A program made the position numbers and the translations under genes. This document shows positions 40,545-53,438 of a stretch of 64,000 bases of DNA, piece after piece. Location of the stretch: positions 4,420,399-4,484,398 of the forward strand of contig MU053934.1 of the NCBI GenBank assembly GCA_013239625.1, in the 5' to 3' direction. The notes under the pieces are model-generated. The model ran no database searches, was not told the DNA's origin, and was given only the letters and a program-made list of their open reading frames with translations. Origin of the DNA: Lama guanicoe. Taxonomy: Eukaryota. How positions within the stretch are numbered: position 1 is the stretch's first letter; each line of letters begins with the position of its first letter.

Positions 40545-42680
40545 GAGATTGACATTTGGCTTTTGTTTTGCTTCAAAGTCTTGCCCATCCACTCTCTGAA
40601 CCCCCTCTTCGTGGGTCTCAGACCCATGGATCACCCCCCCAATAGAAACTAAAAATACCAGCCAGCCACATTCTCAGACTTCCTTGCAGTTGAAGCCTTC
40701 AAGGCTCACCAATCAGATGTGCCAACCCAAGATCTAAAAACAAAACTCCCACTGCAAAGAAGTGGAGCACCTCCCTGCTGAGCCCTGAGGACAGCGGTGC
40801 TTGGCGTCAGGTGTGGGACATGCTGGTCACGGGGCTGTGGCATCCTGCAGGTGTTTGGAGAGCTGATCTCATGGGTGTCTGAGAGTATCGATCCTGTTTG
40901 CATACCACAAGCCCAGGTCTCCAGCTCACTCATGGTCATGAGTCATCCAACATTCTTTGAATATCCTTTTGAATATCTTTCTTTGATCATGCTTTTCTGC
41001 TTAAGTTAAACTGAGTCGGTTTCTATTGCCCCCAACTAAGAATGCTGCCTTATATAGAAATTAGTGCCAGGAGGGGTTGTAGGCAATGGATGCTGGAGGA
41101 TATTCAGAGAAGCTGAGATGGGTTATCTGGACCACTTGGGACTGGAGACAGTAACTAAATTCAGAGCATAACAAGGGATCAGATCTGGAATCCTACGGCA
41201 TGCAGAGGGAAATGGGAATTCCAGTTCGCCACCTGGAATCACGTGGAATGAAGAGCCCGCTGAGGGCAAGGTTTTGAGACTGAGACTCCATTGCCTTAGA
41301 AGAGAATGAAAAGAATGGGGAAATAGATTGCGGGTCTGAGCTGCTGGTTCCAACAGTGCTACAGTTGAAGAAACAGAAGACAATTTCCTAAATCCTAAAT
41401 TCTTGGCTCAAGACCCAGATCAAAACCAGAGGACCTCTGTGCTAAAAGTCCCTCTTAATTCTTGCAGCCATAAGGTTGGGATAGAGAAGAATTAAACTCA
41501 AAATTTGTGCTTGCAGAGTGGCCAGTTACATCATTAGCTGATGCCATGGCTTCACCAGCTCTGCTCTGTGGATGCTGCACCATTGATTGGGAAGGAGTGA
41601 GCTCAGCCTTTGCATGGAGCCGTGTGGGAGGGTGTGGGATGAAGCTGAACCCCGATATTCACTGAGCAGGCTGAAGCAGTTCTCCACACTGTCTGTTGAT
41701 GCTGGCCCTGCCCAGGGCCCCTTTAATGGGTCCTCCACGTCCCACCATCCCTCAGTGTCTTCAGAGCACAGTTGGGTCCCCAGATGGCCAGTGGGATGGG
41801 GCAGGACTGAATGTCAACCCCAAATCAAAATCTGGGCAAAACTTTGCTGTTTCATATCATCAAAACTCTGGAAGCAACATGTGAGAGAACCAATTGAGCT
41901 GAACTTAATCCAGCTGGGTCACACGGCAGTTCTGGATTAGGGGTGCCAGCCTCATCAGCTGGGGTGGCTCTAATTGTTTCTGGGGCTGGTTTGTTGGTTG
42001 GCAGGTATGCTGAAGCCTGACTCAGCGGTGGCCCACGCTCACTGAAGCAGGGATGACACAGTTGTCCCCAGATGAGACACAGAGTTGTATGAATTAACCA
42101 TGGGTGACCCACTGCACCTAAGCACCACCCCAAATCACCATCTTGCCTTCACCAAGACGGTGAGAACCGCGAAGCTGAGGCAGCCCAACAATCTTCAAAG
42201 GCCTCAGTGTCCAGGCAGGGAGTCCCGCCAGTGGTCCAACTCCTGATTCCTGGGTTGGGCGCGAGTCAAGCCCCTGGGAGGGCAGAGGCCATGGCGGCAA
42301 TGACTGGCAGGGGCGGAATGGCCACGTTACCGTAACAGCAGCGGGATCAGGTGGTCTGACCAGCGGGGGACTGGTGGGGCTAATGGCTCACAAAGTCCTC
42401 AGGGCAAAAACAGATCAGCGACCCTCAAGGACCTAAGGCTTTTATAACCAGAATGATCTGGGTCTGGTAAACAGACGTCTGACTTGACAGGAGACAATGT
42501 GAATGGGTTAGACAGAGACATGTGGTCCCTCCTGCATCCCAGACTCGAGTCCGTTTGCAGACCAGAGCTCCCTAAGGGAGACAAGGTCCTGACATTACGT
42601 TGCAAGTCCGCCCCATGAGTCTCAACATGCCCCCAAGGGGACTGTGGCTATTTATGGGAGAATTATGCCCTGGAGACCAG
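40545..42680 (+). mobile_element. ERVL relic: LTR33/LTR16-like LTR followed by internal (gag-region) fragments
   Basis: LTR end TTTCTGCTTAAGTTAAACTGAGTCGGTTTCTATTGCCCCCAACTAAGAA (~41053) is followed directly by GAAATTAGTGCCAGGAG, a typical ERVL internal start. Decayed internal-like text continues to ~42680. Confidence 0.55.
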
Positions 42681-43189
42681 GAGGGAGGGAGGGCTGAACC
42701 TCGCTGAGTCCTTGTTTCCTCATCTGTGACACAAGGACAATAATATCCGCCTGAAAGGATTGTGGGGTTAATTGAGTAGAATAATGGAACAGTGCCTGGA
42801 ATATAAATGTGCACACTGGCTGCAGCGGAACTTTTAATCCTTCTGTGATTTTGTGTTCATTCTTTTTTTTTTTTTCCCCTCTTTACTCCACCACAGTGGA
42901 GTGTGAGCAGCCATTTGCTGGGTGCTGAGAGTTAAAAAATAACACCCCTGCCATTGACCGAGATGAAGTCCATGCCTAGAGCTGTGCTTGGCCCTCGTGT
43001 CTCTAACCTATGCAGCTGCTCTATAAAGCCATGCAGGGGGGTTAGCGTTGCTGCGATGGGGCTGGCTGTGTTCTGTGCTAAATCTCTGTTCCCTTCACAG
43101 GCACCACACTCCTCAGAAGCTAATAAAATGAAGTGGCAAGTACAGAGCTTGGAACATGATTAAAGTGATAGAGAAGGGAGGAAGGAGGG

Positions 43190-43330
43190 AGATGGCTGGA
43201 CGGGTGGGTGGCTGGATGGTGGGTGGCTGGTTGGATAGATGGATGGGTAAGTGGATGGATGGATGAGTGGATAGGTAGGTGGATGGAAGGGTGGATGGAT
43301 GGGTGGGTAGGTAGATGGATGGATGGATGG
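43190..43330. repeat. (GGAT/GGGT)n simple repeat
   Basis: Degenerate GGATGGATGGGTAGGTAGAT run. Confidence 0.9.
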
Positions 43331-43731
43331 AGAGAGAGAGATGTAGCTATGAAGAGAGATGATGGCTGGATAGTTTAGAAGGTGGATTTGACATGCCCCC
43401 ATCTCTCAAGGACCTTCCAATTAAAGAAGATGCAGTGCTGAGCATGGAGCTGGCTAAGAAGTTGAAATACCTTATCTGGAGTTAGTGACACCCTCAGAGT
43501 GTGCAATTTCCCTGCAACACCATAGCATGTGTGATGAAGAACAGCCAGGCAAGCTGCGACTTGGGGGCAGACGCACTGGATGGCTCCAGTAAGAGACCTT
43601 TACATTCATTCATTCAGCGGGTGTCTTTTGAGCACCGACTATATACCAGGCACCCTTTTTGGGCTCTGGGGACAGAGAAGTGAACAAAATAACTCCAAGT
43701 GGGGGGCGGAGAGGAGTCAAGGAAATGTGTG

Positions 43732-43928
43732 CAGTTGACCCTTGAACAACTTGGGTTTGAAGTATGCGGGTCCACTTATACATGGGTATTTTTCAATACT
43801 AAATCCTACAGTACCACATAGTCCATGGTTGGTTGAATCCACAGAGGAGCTGCAGATGAAAGGCAGGCAGGGAGGGCAGTCTAAAAATTATATGTGGATT
43901 AAGCCCCGTGTTGTTCAAGGGTCAAATA
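43732..43928. mobile_element. Tigger2a-like MITE
   Basis: TIRs CAGTTGACCCTTGAACAAC and GTTGTTCAAGGGTCAA. Confidence 0.85.
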
Positions 43929-44754
43929 TACATGTAGAGTGAGCCAAAAGAGGATCTGTCTTATGGAGATAAATATAGCAGGTAAAGAGGGGGGCTTTGG
44001 GGCAGAGTTCTGCTGTTTTAGTTTGTCCTTATGATGAGTCAGATTCTCCACTCCTAGGTTTCTCCATCAGCTCCAATCTGCCTGCAGTTAAGACCCAGAA
44101 CACATTTAGCATCTTTTTAATGGGAGGGGACCCAAGTCTTTGCGGATGAGGGAAAGCACAGAACCCCACAGCTGGACCTTGTCGACCACAGGTCTCCTGG
44201 TCATTTTCTTGTGTTTCAGATGAGGTACTGGCCAGAGAGGGGCTATGACTTTCCCAAGGCCACACAGCTCTCTAAGGGCTGAGCCAAGATCAGACCCTAG
44301 CTCCAACTTTCAGCTGTGTTCTTCTTAACCCCACAGCCCCTCTGGGACCCCTCCAGCCTTCCCCACATTGGGTATCCCCTCCCCACAGCCAGTCCCACCC
44401 CACAATGCTGAGGATTCATTTCACTTGTGGAGACTCTCAAGTTAGAGACCCATCCCTTGTCCCTGCCAGTGACAGGCACAGGGCTGGGACGTGGGGTCCA
44501 GGTATCCGGAGCTGCAGCAGGACCAAGACCGACAGAGTGGGCCGTGTGGCTCTCACCCAGTCCCCGACAGAGGCCTCCCTCAGAGCAGTGGGCTGGCGTG
44601 TGCGCACGCAAGTGTGAGCGTGTGTGCGTGTGTGTGTGCGTGAGTGTGAGCCTGAGCCTCCTAGGGCGAGAGGAACACGTTGCAAGCTGTCGGCAAATCC
44701 TGCCAATGCGGAAAGGGTAATTGTCACAGCAGTGCCAACAGACAGATCTCCGGC

Positions 44755-46362
44755 GGATTCATTTGGTTTTGTTTTGTGGTTATTTTTTTTTACAACTTTA
44801 AATACGGAATATAAATAAATTTTACATTTAAAAAATAAAAGGAAAGCCCCCAAAAATATAATCACCAACTTTACAAACAGAAGGAAGCAGATTTTGGAGA
44901 GGGGGAGGGGGGAAAGTGCAGTAGAAGGTGGAAAGGGAGGTGGGAGCTCAGACCCCACCCCTAGGGGGCCCTGGGGATCTTTTCCCTTTTCTCCCCGACT
45001 CCCAGCCCAAGAGCTGGTTTCCTGGGAGGAGCCACCAGAGATGGAACTCAAAAGGATCTAAGATGGGGGAAGCACGCAGGGGCGGGGCAAGGGCTGCCCT
45101 CTTCCTTGAAGACTTTCTCTTGGGTTTTTCCGCACCTGTCTGGAAGGGAGACTGCCTGAGCTGAGGACTTGGGGAAATGGAGGCCACGTGGACAAGTGTT
45201 GTCTCCCTGCCCCCACCAAGGGCTCACTCCTGTCCAACCTCTCCAAGTCCTGGGTTGGGTCAGAGGCCCAGCCAGACCACACAAAGCCTTTGTGTCAATT
45301 AGGAAAAGGATCTCTTTCCTCAAGACACTTAACCTTCATCTGCCAGAAAATTGTCATAATAAATATACAAATTGGCCACATCTATGGTGTGTGTGAACTG
45401 TGATCCCTGCATGCAGTGCCGTTGTGCAGTGCACACCCTGTACATCCTTACATGGCAGTCTTGGCTGGGCTGGGATCTGATGGGCAGGCCCCCTGCTGCC
45501 CTGGTTGCTGGTCTTCTGTCCTACAGAATAGTGACTGGGATTATCTGAGGCTTCAATCAGGGGTCCAAGAGCCCCTGGGTGGAGCAGACTGTAGGGCCAG
45601 GACAGGAGGAAACATAGGGTGGAGGTAGAGAGATGAAACAGAGGAAAAGTGAAGGGGGGAGTGGCAGGAGGCAGTGGATGCCCAGGTCACCATCTACAAC
45701 CACCTCCAGAACAAACTTCATCTCTAACCCATCTGAGAGGGCACTTGGCTGCCTGGTGCTCTGGCCACACCCGCCCAGAAGAGTCCACATCTTCAAAGAA
45801 TTCAAATATATAAAATGAAAAGAAGCCACTGTGAGCAGAGATGACCAAGGAGAGCTGACCAGGCCTGGGCACTGCAGGAGGGGGTTTCTCCAGTCTCTGC
45901 TCCCCCACATAGTCTCAGCCACAGGAGTACCCCGGCCTGCCTGGGAGTGCTCCCTGCAGAGATACCTGAAGGTCCAGGGACCAGGCAGGCCATGCTGAGA
46001 GGCCCTCAGGCCCACATGCAGAGTTTCGGGCCAGTCCACAGCGTAGGCGAAGGAAGCCCCTTTCCCCCAACCAACAGCGACCCCACCAGTCTCTCTTGCA
46101 CTCTTATCCCATTTCTTCCAGGACAGAAGAGGAAAACAGCAATGGAGTCCAGGTCCTTCATTTCCTTCTTGGGCTTCTGGGCAAGATGCTGGAGGCCGCT
46201 GAGAGAAGACCCGCTGGTGGAAGGGTGGACGGACGCGTGAAGGGGTGAGGGAAGCACCATTGGCCGTCCGAATCAGGCATCGAGACAGACGGACGAAGGG
46301 AACAATATTATCACTCCAAGGACCCCATGGGGGCAATACAGCAAATACCATATTAAATAACC
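44755..46362 (-). other. PDGFB: PDGFB exon 7 (non-coding 3' UTR)
   Basis: Acceptor CCTGCAG|GGTTATTTAATATGGTATTTGCTG. The segment is repeat-free and ends in an AU-rich block at 44760-44880 that resembles the mammalian PDGFB mRNA end as I recall it. Confidence 0.85.
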
Positions 46363-46729
46363 CTGCAGGCCAAGCAGAGGGACACAGTGGGTCAGAGACA
46401 GCCTAGGGGCTCCATCCCACGCTCACACGCCCCACCTTGCCAGGGTCGACCAGCCGTCCCCGATTTCCAGCAGCGCTGGGAGATTTGAGGTTTAGACCTC
46501 CCATTCCCTTAGGGTATGCTGGCGCACAGCTGGGCTGGGGTCCCCACGGAAAAACTCCATTGATAACTAGGAAGAGGGGATCAAGGCTTCAAGCCTGGAG
46601 TTTGTATAGGAAAATGCCTCTACCCCAACCCTTTCCTCAGCCCAAGCCACAGGCCAGGGAGAAGGAAACAGTGCTGGGCCTCCGTTTCCCCACCTGGCCC
46701 TCACCTGCCCGCACTCTCCTGCGATGCCC

Positions 46730-46879
<150 letters not shown>

Positions 46880-47189
46880 TTAGCAGGAGGAAGAGCATGG
46901 GTGACGAGGAGGAAGCAGGGGAATCTATCCCTTTTGATCAAGCCCTGCCACAGACCTCCCCAGATCCTCTGGGCTGAGAGAGGGGTGGGAGGGGAGCCTG
47001 GGGCCAGACCTCCCGGGTTTGAATCCCAGCTCCACCGCTCATCAGCTGTACCTTAGGGACAATTACTGAACCATTCTGTGTCTCTTTCCCCATCTGTGAG
47101 ATGGGATAATAAGATTGCCCGCCTCATAGGACTGGTGAAAGGAATAGCTGACAGTATGCTGGCAGAGACGGAGCGGGGGCAGGTGAACT

Positions 47190-47600
47190 ATGGCTTCAAG
47201 CTCCTTGTCATTATCCCACTGCTATGCCCCTTATTTCTACATCCCTTGAACCTGGCCTGGACTTGGATCTGTTAACCAATATTAGGAGGCAGACTGATGC
47301 TGGCTAGTTCCAGGCATAAGACTTAAGAGGGCCTGGCAGTTCCCAACTTTGCACTTTGGGGAGCCCTGTGATGCCACTTAAGAAGTCTGGTTCCCCTGCA
47401 GGGGAGGCCACTTTGGGAGGAGAGGCTGCAAACCACAGGGAGAGGGATAGAGGCCCAGCTGTCCCAGTGCAGCCGCCAGATAACGGAAGAGTAGGATCGC
47501 CCAGCTGAGCCCAGTCAACTCACGATGGGGGGAGAATAGAAAATGGCTATTGTCTTAAGCCACTACGTTCAGAAAAAAGATGATTCGCAGATAGCAGCTG
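47190..47600. mobile_element. MaLR LTR (MLT1-like) in PDGFB intron 5
   Basis: AGTTCCAGGCATAAGACTTAAGAGG...CCCAGCTGAGCCCAGTCAAC...TATTGTCTTAAGCCACTA. Confidence 0.65.
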
Positions 47601-49539
47601 CTCTTATTCACTTATTTCTTATTCCCTCAGCTTGACCCCCTATTGAGATTTCCTGCCACCAACCTCAGCCCTTTCTCATCACAGGAGGAGGGAGCCACTG
47701 GGCTTCTGGAGGAACCACACGCCCTGCCTCTGACCTGGGCCGTCCCTGATCCCTTTCCTGGATTGTAGGCAGTACAGTGGGGGGCAGGCCAGAGCTCAGG
47801 CTGTGTGCAGACCACCTGGATCCACACTGGGCTTTCCCAAGTGTTACTTGTATGCTTTGGGGAAAGTCATGTACACTCTCTGTGCCTCAATTTCCACATC
47901 TGTAAAACTGAGAACAGCAGCTCCTGTGTTAGGAGATAATACATGGAAACAGCCAGAAACCCTTAGCTAGCACTTAGCACACACCTGGCAAAGTTCTAAG
48001 CTTGTTTATCCTCACAGCAGGTACAGGTATGTACATTTAACAGATGAGGAAACTGAGACAGAAAGACTGGGATTTGAACCCAGGGATCTTCCTCTGGAAT
48101 CCTTGCTTTTAACCACTGGGCTGGAAATCTCTTCACCTGCAAGTCTCAGTCAAGGTTAGTGCTTATGTCTCTCTTCCTACTGGTTGCCCAGATGGACACC
48201 CTGGCAATGAAAGTTTTGTCTGCCAAGCTGAAAGCCCACCTCTTCCTGGGAGCCTTCCGAGTTCTCCCCGGCCCACCCAGCTCTTTGGAGCCAGCACCTG
48301 ACCTCCTACCTCACAGACACAAGCTCCCATTAGGCAGCCACTCATCTCTGAAAACAGGCAATACAGGGACTCAGGCAGGTCTCAGATCCTCCTTAGGGGA
48401 GGCTACCCAGGAGGGCCACTGAAGGGCCAGAGTTTCCGCTCCAGAAACAGGGCCATCAGCAGGACACTGGGCTGGGCAGAGCCGGAGCAAGCTCAAGGTT
48501 GTCACTTAGCTCTTAGGTGATATGGAGCAGAGCTCTGTGCCCAGGAGGTCTGACACTGACCATCACATGGGCCACATCCCAAGCCTTAGCCCTGCCTGCA
48601 GACAGCTGCCGGACGAATCATCATCCGGGGCCAAAATGCTGAAACTACAGTGGCGAGACTCTGCTGCCTACACATCAAGTGATTGAACACACTGCCCAAG
48701 AAACTGGTTTAGAAAATCACATGAAACAAAGGCATGGAAAAGAACCCCATTCTGAACATAAAGAAGATGTAATTTTTCCTGACTAGAAATCATTCTCCAT
48801 GTTAATGCTACAAATAATTTACAACACATTGATTTGAAGCTGTCAAATTCTCAGTCTTCCCAAGGCACTGGGCCTCAGCTCAACTCTGAGAACAGGAGGA
48901 AGAGGCTAAGAGATGGCCCTACCTTCAGGAGGCTTGTTAAGAAAAAATGACAGCAAGATTGTCCTGTCCCCAGAGAAAGTTAATCAAAACAGTTACTTGT
49001 GTGATTTTTTATACTCATTTAATCCTCTTAACTTAAGGGTTCTCATTTGATCCTTACTGCAAACATTCAAGGCAGAAAATGCAGCAGGAATCAGTCAAAA
49101 GAATCCCAAACTAGATGTTACAAGACCTGGTTTCTGGGCTAGGCTTTGCCACTGTGCACTCTTCATTAAGTTCCTTAACCTCTCTGTGCTCCAGCAACCC
49201 TGTCATTAACACTGAAGGACTGACTTGCACGTCATCCATTCTAACTCTAAGATTTTAAAATCTTTAAAAAAAAAGAAAATGATGAGACAAGTTAAAGAGC
49301 CAGTGACAGCTGTCAGGGTGAGGTAAGAGTCAAGCATAGAACTTCAGGATACCTGGGTTCTAGCTACGCCCCTGCCTGGAACTGGCTGTGTGACCTTGGG
49401 CAAGTCCTCAGCCTGTCTGGGCCTCAGGCACTTTCTCTGTAAAATGTAGAGGAGGCAACTGGACCACATTATTTTTTTTCAGTCCCTTTCCACTTTTTAA
49501 GTCAAACTATGCCCCTGAAATTGTGAATTCATGAAATCT

Positions 49540-49860
49540 AAGGATAGGAACTAAACTCCAGTTTCATGTATCCATCCGATGTTTGAGCCGTGTCTGTCAC
49601 ACCCCTGCTGCATGGTTGTCCAGCCTTTACTTGTATAGCTCCAGCAATGGGGAACTCATCACCTAGTAAGACAGACAATTCCATCTTGGACCCCTGACTG
49701 ATTACCAGCTTTTGTGTGTGTGGAGTTACGGTCTGTCTCTGGTAATTTTTCTCCACTGGTCCTAATTTTTCCACCAAGGCTACAAGGAATTAGTGTGATT
49801 TCTCATCCCCAGGACAAGCTGTTAAATATCTGAAGACAATATGTGTGAGGTGTTTGTTCT
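49540..49860 (-). mobile_element. CR1/L3 LINE relic in PDGFB intron 5
   Basis: TCCAGCCTTTACTTGTATAGCTCCAGCAATGGGGAACTCATCACCT resembles the recalled L3 motif. Confidence 0.5.
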
Positions 49861-50375
49861 CTGGTCCAGGCCATGGCTCCTCCCACCATTTCATACACCC
49901 ACTGAACAAAGTAGGGGGTTGTGGTAGCAAGGCTGGAATGGTGGCTGCTCTGGATGGGGTGGCCAGCAGATCTCAAGAAGAAGGTGACTTCTGACCTTAG
50001 ACTCAAGTGAAGAGAAGGAGCGAGACTCGTGAAGAGCTAGGAGAAGTGAATGTCAGACAGAGTGACATGTGCAAAGGCCCTGAGGCAGAAACCTACTTGG
50101 CCACTCAGAAAAGCCAACCTTCCTGGGGTGGTATAAGTGAGGGGGAATAGTTGGCAGCAAGGCCAGAGGGCCAGCTGGGTGAGAAGAGGTGGGCTACTTT
50201 CTCCCATAAGGTCTCACAGGTAGGGGAGGAATCTGGATTGTTGTCAGTGATATGAAAAGCTTCAAGTGAATGTAACCAGGGGCATGCCTGATCCCCATGT
50301 GCCCCTGGCAGCTGCCACTGGAGAAGGGGGCTGCAGGGCTGAGCAATTAGAGGCAGGCCCTGGATGGGCAGTTAC

Positions 50376-50517
50376 CTCGCTGCTCCTGGGAACTTCCCGG
50401 GCTTCGGGTCACAGGTCGTGCCACCACCGTCTCACACTTGCACGCCAGGTGGTCCTCCAAGGTCACTGTGGCCTTCTTAAAGGTTGGCTTCTTCCGCACG
50501 ATCTCGATCTTTCTCAC
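50376..50517 (-). CDS. PDGFB: PDGFB exon 5 (end of mature chain)
   Basis: 142 nt encode [47 protein letters not shown]; acceptor TTCCAG, donor GTAACT. Confidence 0.98.
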
Positions 50518-51497
50518 CTGGAAGATCAAAGTGATTCTGTGAGACCACAGGGACAGGGGCTGAGGGAGCCGCCTGCCTGCTCCTCCCCACAGCATCCCCT
50601 GTGGATTTTTCCTCGAAAGCCTAAAGAGTGCAGGGCAGACACTTTGGCCGAAACAATTGCAGGACCTTGCCCTCTGCCCTTCTCGTAGCTTTTCCATCAA
50701 AACAAGCCCTCCCGACCTGGCCTCTGCAGTCCCCGTTGGAACCCCCAGAGAGGGAGGAAGGCATTTCCGGGTTGAGCATGGGGCCTGTGGTATCCTCATT
50801 CCTGGAGCGCCAGCCAAGGTCAGGGGCTGCTGCAGAGGCGGGGAGATGGTTGTCTGGAAGGAAGTGGGGGGAGGCTTTATCCAGGAGGGAGGCGGGAAGG
50901 GGTAGGTCAGCTGTCAGGTGTCCATCCACAGAGCTGGCAGTGCTGGGGACAGGAGATACCATGACAGTGGGTGCTGGGGTGGAGAGTGACATCAGTAATC
51001 TTGGGCACAGGGCCCAGGCCTGGGATGGAAGGCGGGCACGAGGACAGGCCAGAGCTGACCACAGGGGAGGGGAGTGTGGAGGAGGCAGAGCACTTGGCAA
51101 GGGTAGGTAGGGTTCACCAGCCAGTCCTGAGCCTTGGGGAGGTGTGCCTACCACCCAGCTGCTCAGCCCAGCCTAAGCTGGTGTGTGGGCAAGGCTGGCC
51201 CAAGGAGTGCAGAAACCTTTCCATATGAATCAGAAAACAGCTGAGACTTCTCTGGCCCTGCCCTGCCCCATGTGAGACGGGGAGCTCCCCAGGACAGCCT
51301 CTACTCTAAAATTTCCTTTGAGTCAGAGTGTATACCCAATCTTTCCAAAAAACGGTCAGGACTCAGCATTCTGACTCTTTGTTAGGGGCTGCCCCAGCTC
51401 CTGCAACGTCTTAGTTGGGGGGGGTCTCTGTCTTCCTTGTTAAAGATATGACTTGTCAAAGGGAGATGAGTGGGCCTTAGAGATGCTGGGGCACCTA

Positions 51498-52130
<633 letters not shown>

Positions 52131-53231
52131 TCAGGGAGGTGGGCCTGTCCAGACCCCCCACCGGCAGGAAAGCCCAGGGCGGAGCCACTCTGGGACTGCC
52201 TACCCTTAGAAATGGCTGGCCTGTTCTCACCTCCTTCAACCTGGGGGTGGAGGGTTCAAGTCCTGACTGTTTCCAGCCATGGGACTTCGGCAGGTTGCTG
52301 ATGGGCTTAAGGCCTAAGTTTCCCAGTTTGCGAAATGGGAATGATGAGATCTATACCCAAGAAACGTTGTAAGGATCAGAGAGATCATTCTGAGAGCACC
52401 AGCATGTTGTACATGTCAGTTTCCTTCCACCAGCCGTCAGCCATTTTATTCTATGATTTCACACATTTATGGGTTTGCCCAGCATGTGGCCTTGTAGCCA
52501 CTCTCACATTGCTGTTTACACTGTAATCTATTCTTACCTTGTTGCTTCTTTCAAGCCTCAGTTTCCTCACCTATGATATGGGATAACAGCGCCTACACTG
52601 CACTTGCCTATCAAAGGAGTAATGTGAGTGAAGCCTGGCCTACAGCGGGCACACAGTCAATGCTGGGGATATTGTCATCTGTCGTTATTTACACGTACAG
52701 AAACTGAGGCTCCGAGAGCTAAATGAGCCGCCCAAATTCAGAGCGGGCAGTGAAACTCAGGCCACTCGACTCTTATGTAGAAGGCCCCCCAGCCACTGTC
52801 CACAGTGTTTTGGGCCCCGCAGGTGGGCAGAGAGAAGGAGGGGCTTGGAGTGGGCACCCGCCTCCCTGGGAAGGCTTCTGTGGGACCCAGCGATCTCTAT
52901 CCTCCTTTGCTTCACACCTGCTGTTCCAGGCACAGCCCTTTGCAGCAGCAGACATAGGCAGCCTGCCAACGGCACTGGGTTCAAGTGAGAAGAGCTACTT
53001 GGGATCCCAAACCCACCACCTGCTAGCTGTGTGACCTCAGCTACTTCTTCACCCTCTCTGGGCCCCAGTTTTCAACACTATAAAATGGGGTTAACAGTAT
53101 CTACCTCCAAGGTGAAACTAATGAACAAATGAGGTTTTAAAGGACTATATTCAGAAAACAGTGTGTGACTCAACTCCTTGATAGAGGGTAATTTAAGGAT
53201 TGTTACAGTCTTTTAGCTCCATTCAGTCCTA

Positions 53232-53438
<207 letters not shown>

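Noticed and set aside
44811..44840. AATAAA hexamers near the PDGFB 3' end
   Set aside because: They are on the plus strand, antisense to PDGFB, and are simply the complement of the U-rich/ARE block. There is no evidence for a convergent transcript.
52692..52697. HIF-type TACGTG in intron 3
   Set aside because: A single hexamer inside a MIR relic. I cannot show it corresponds to any reported PDGFB hypoxia element without an alignment.
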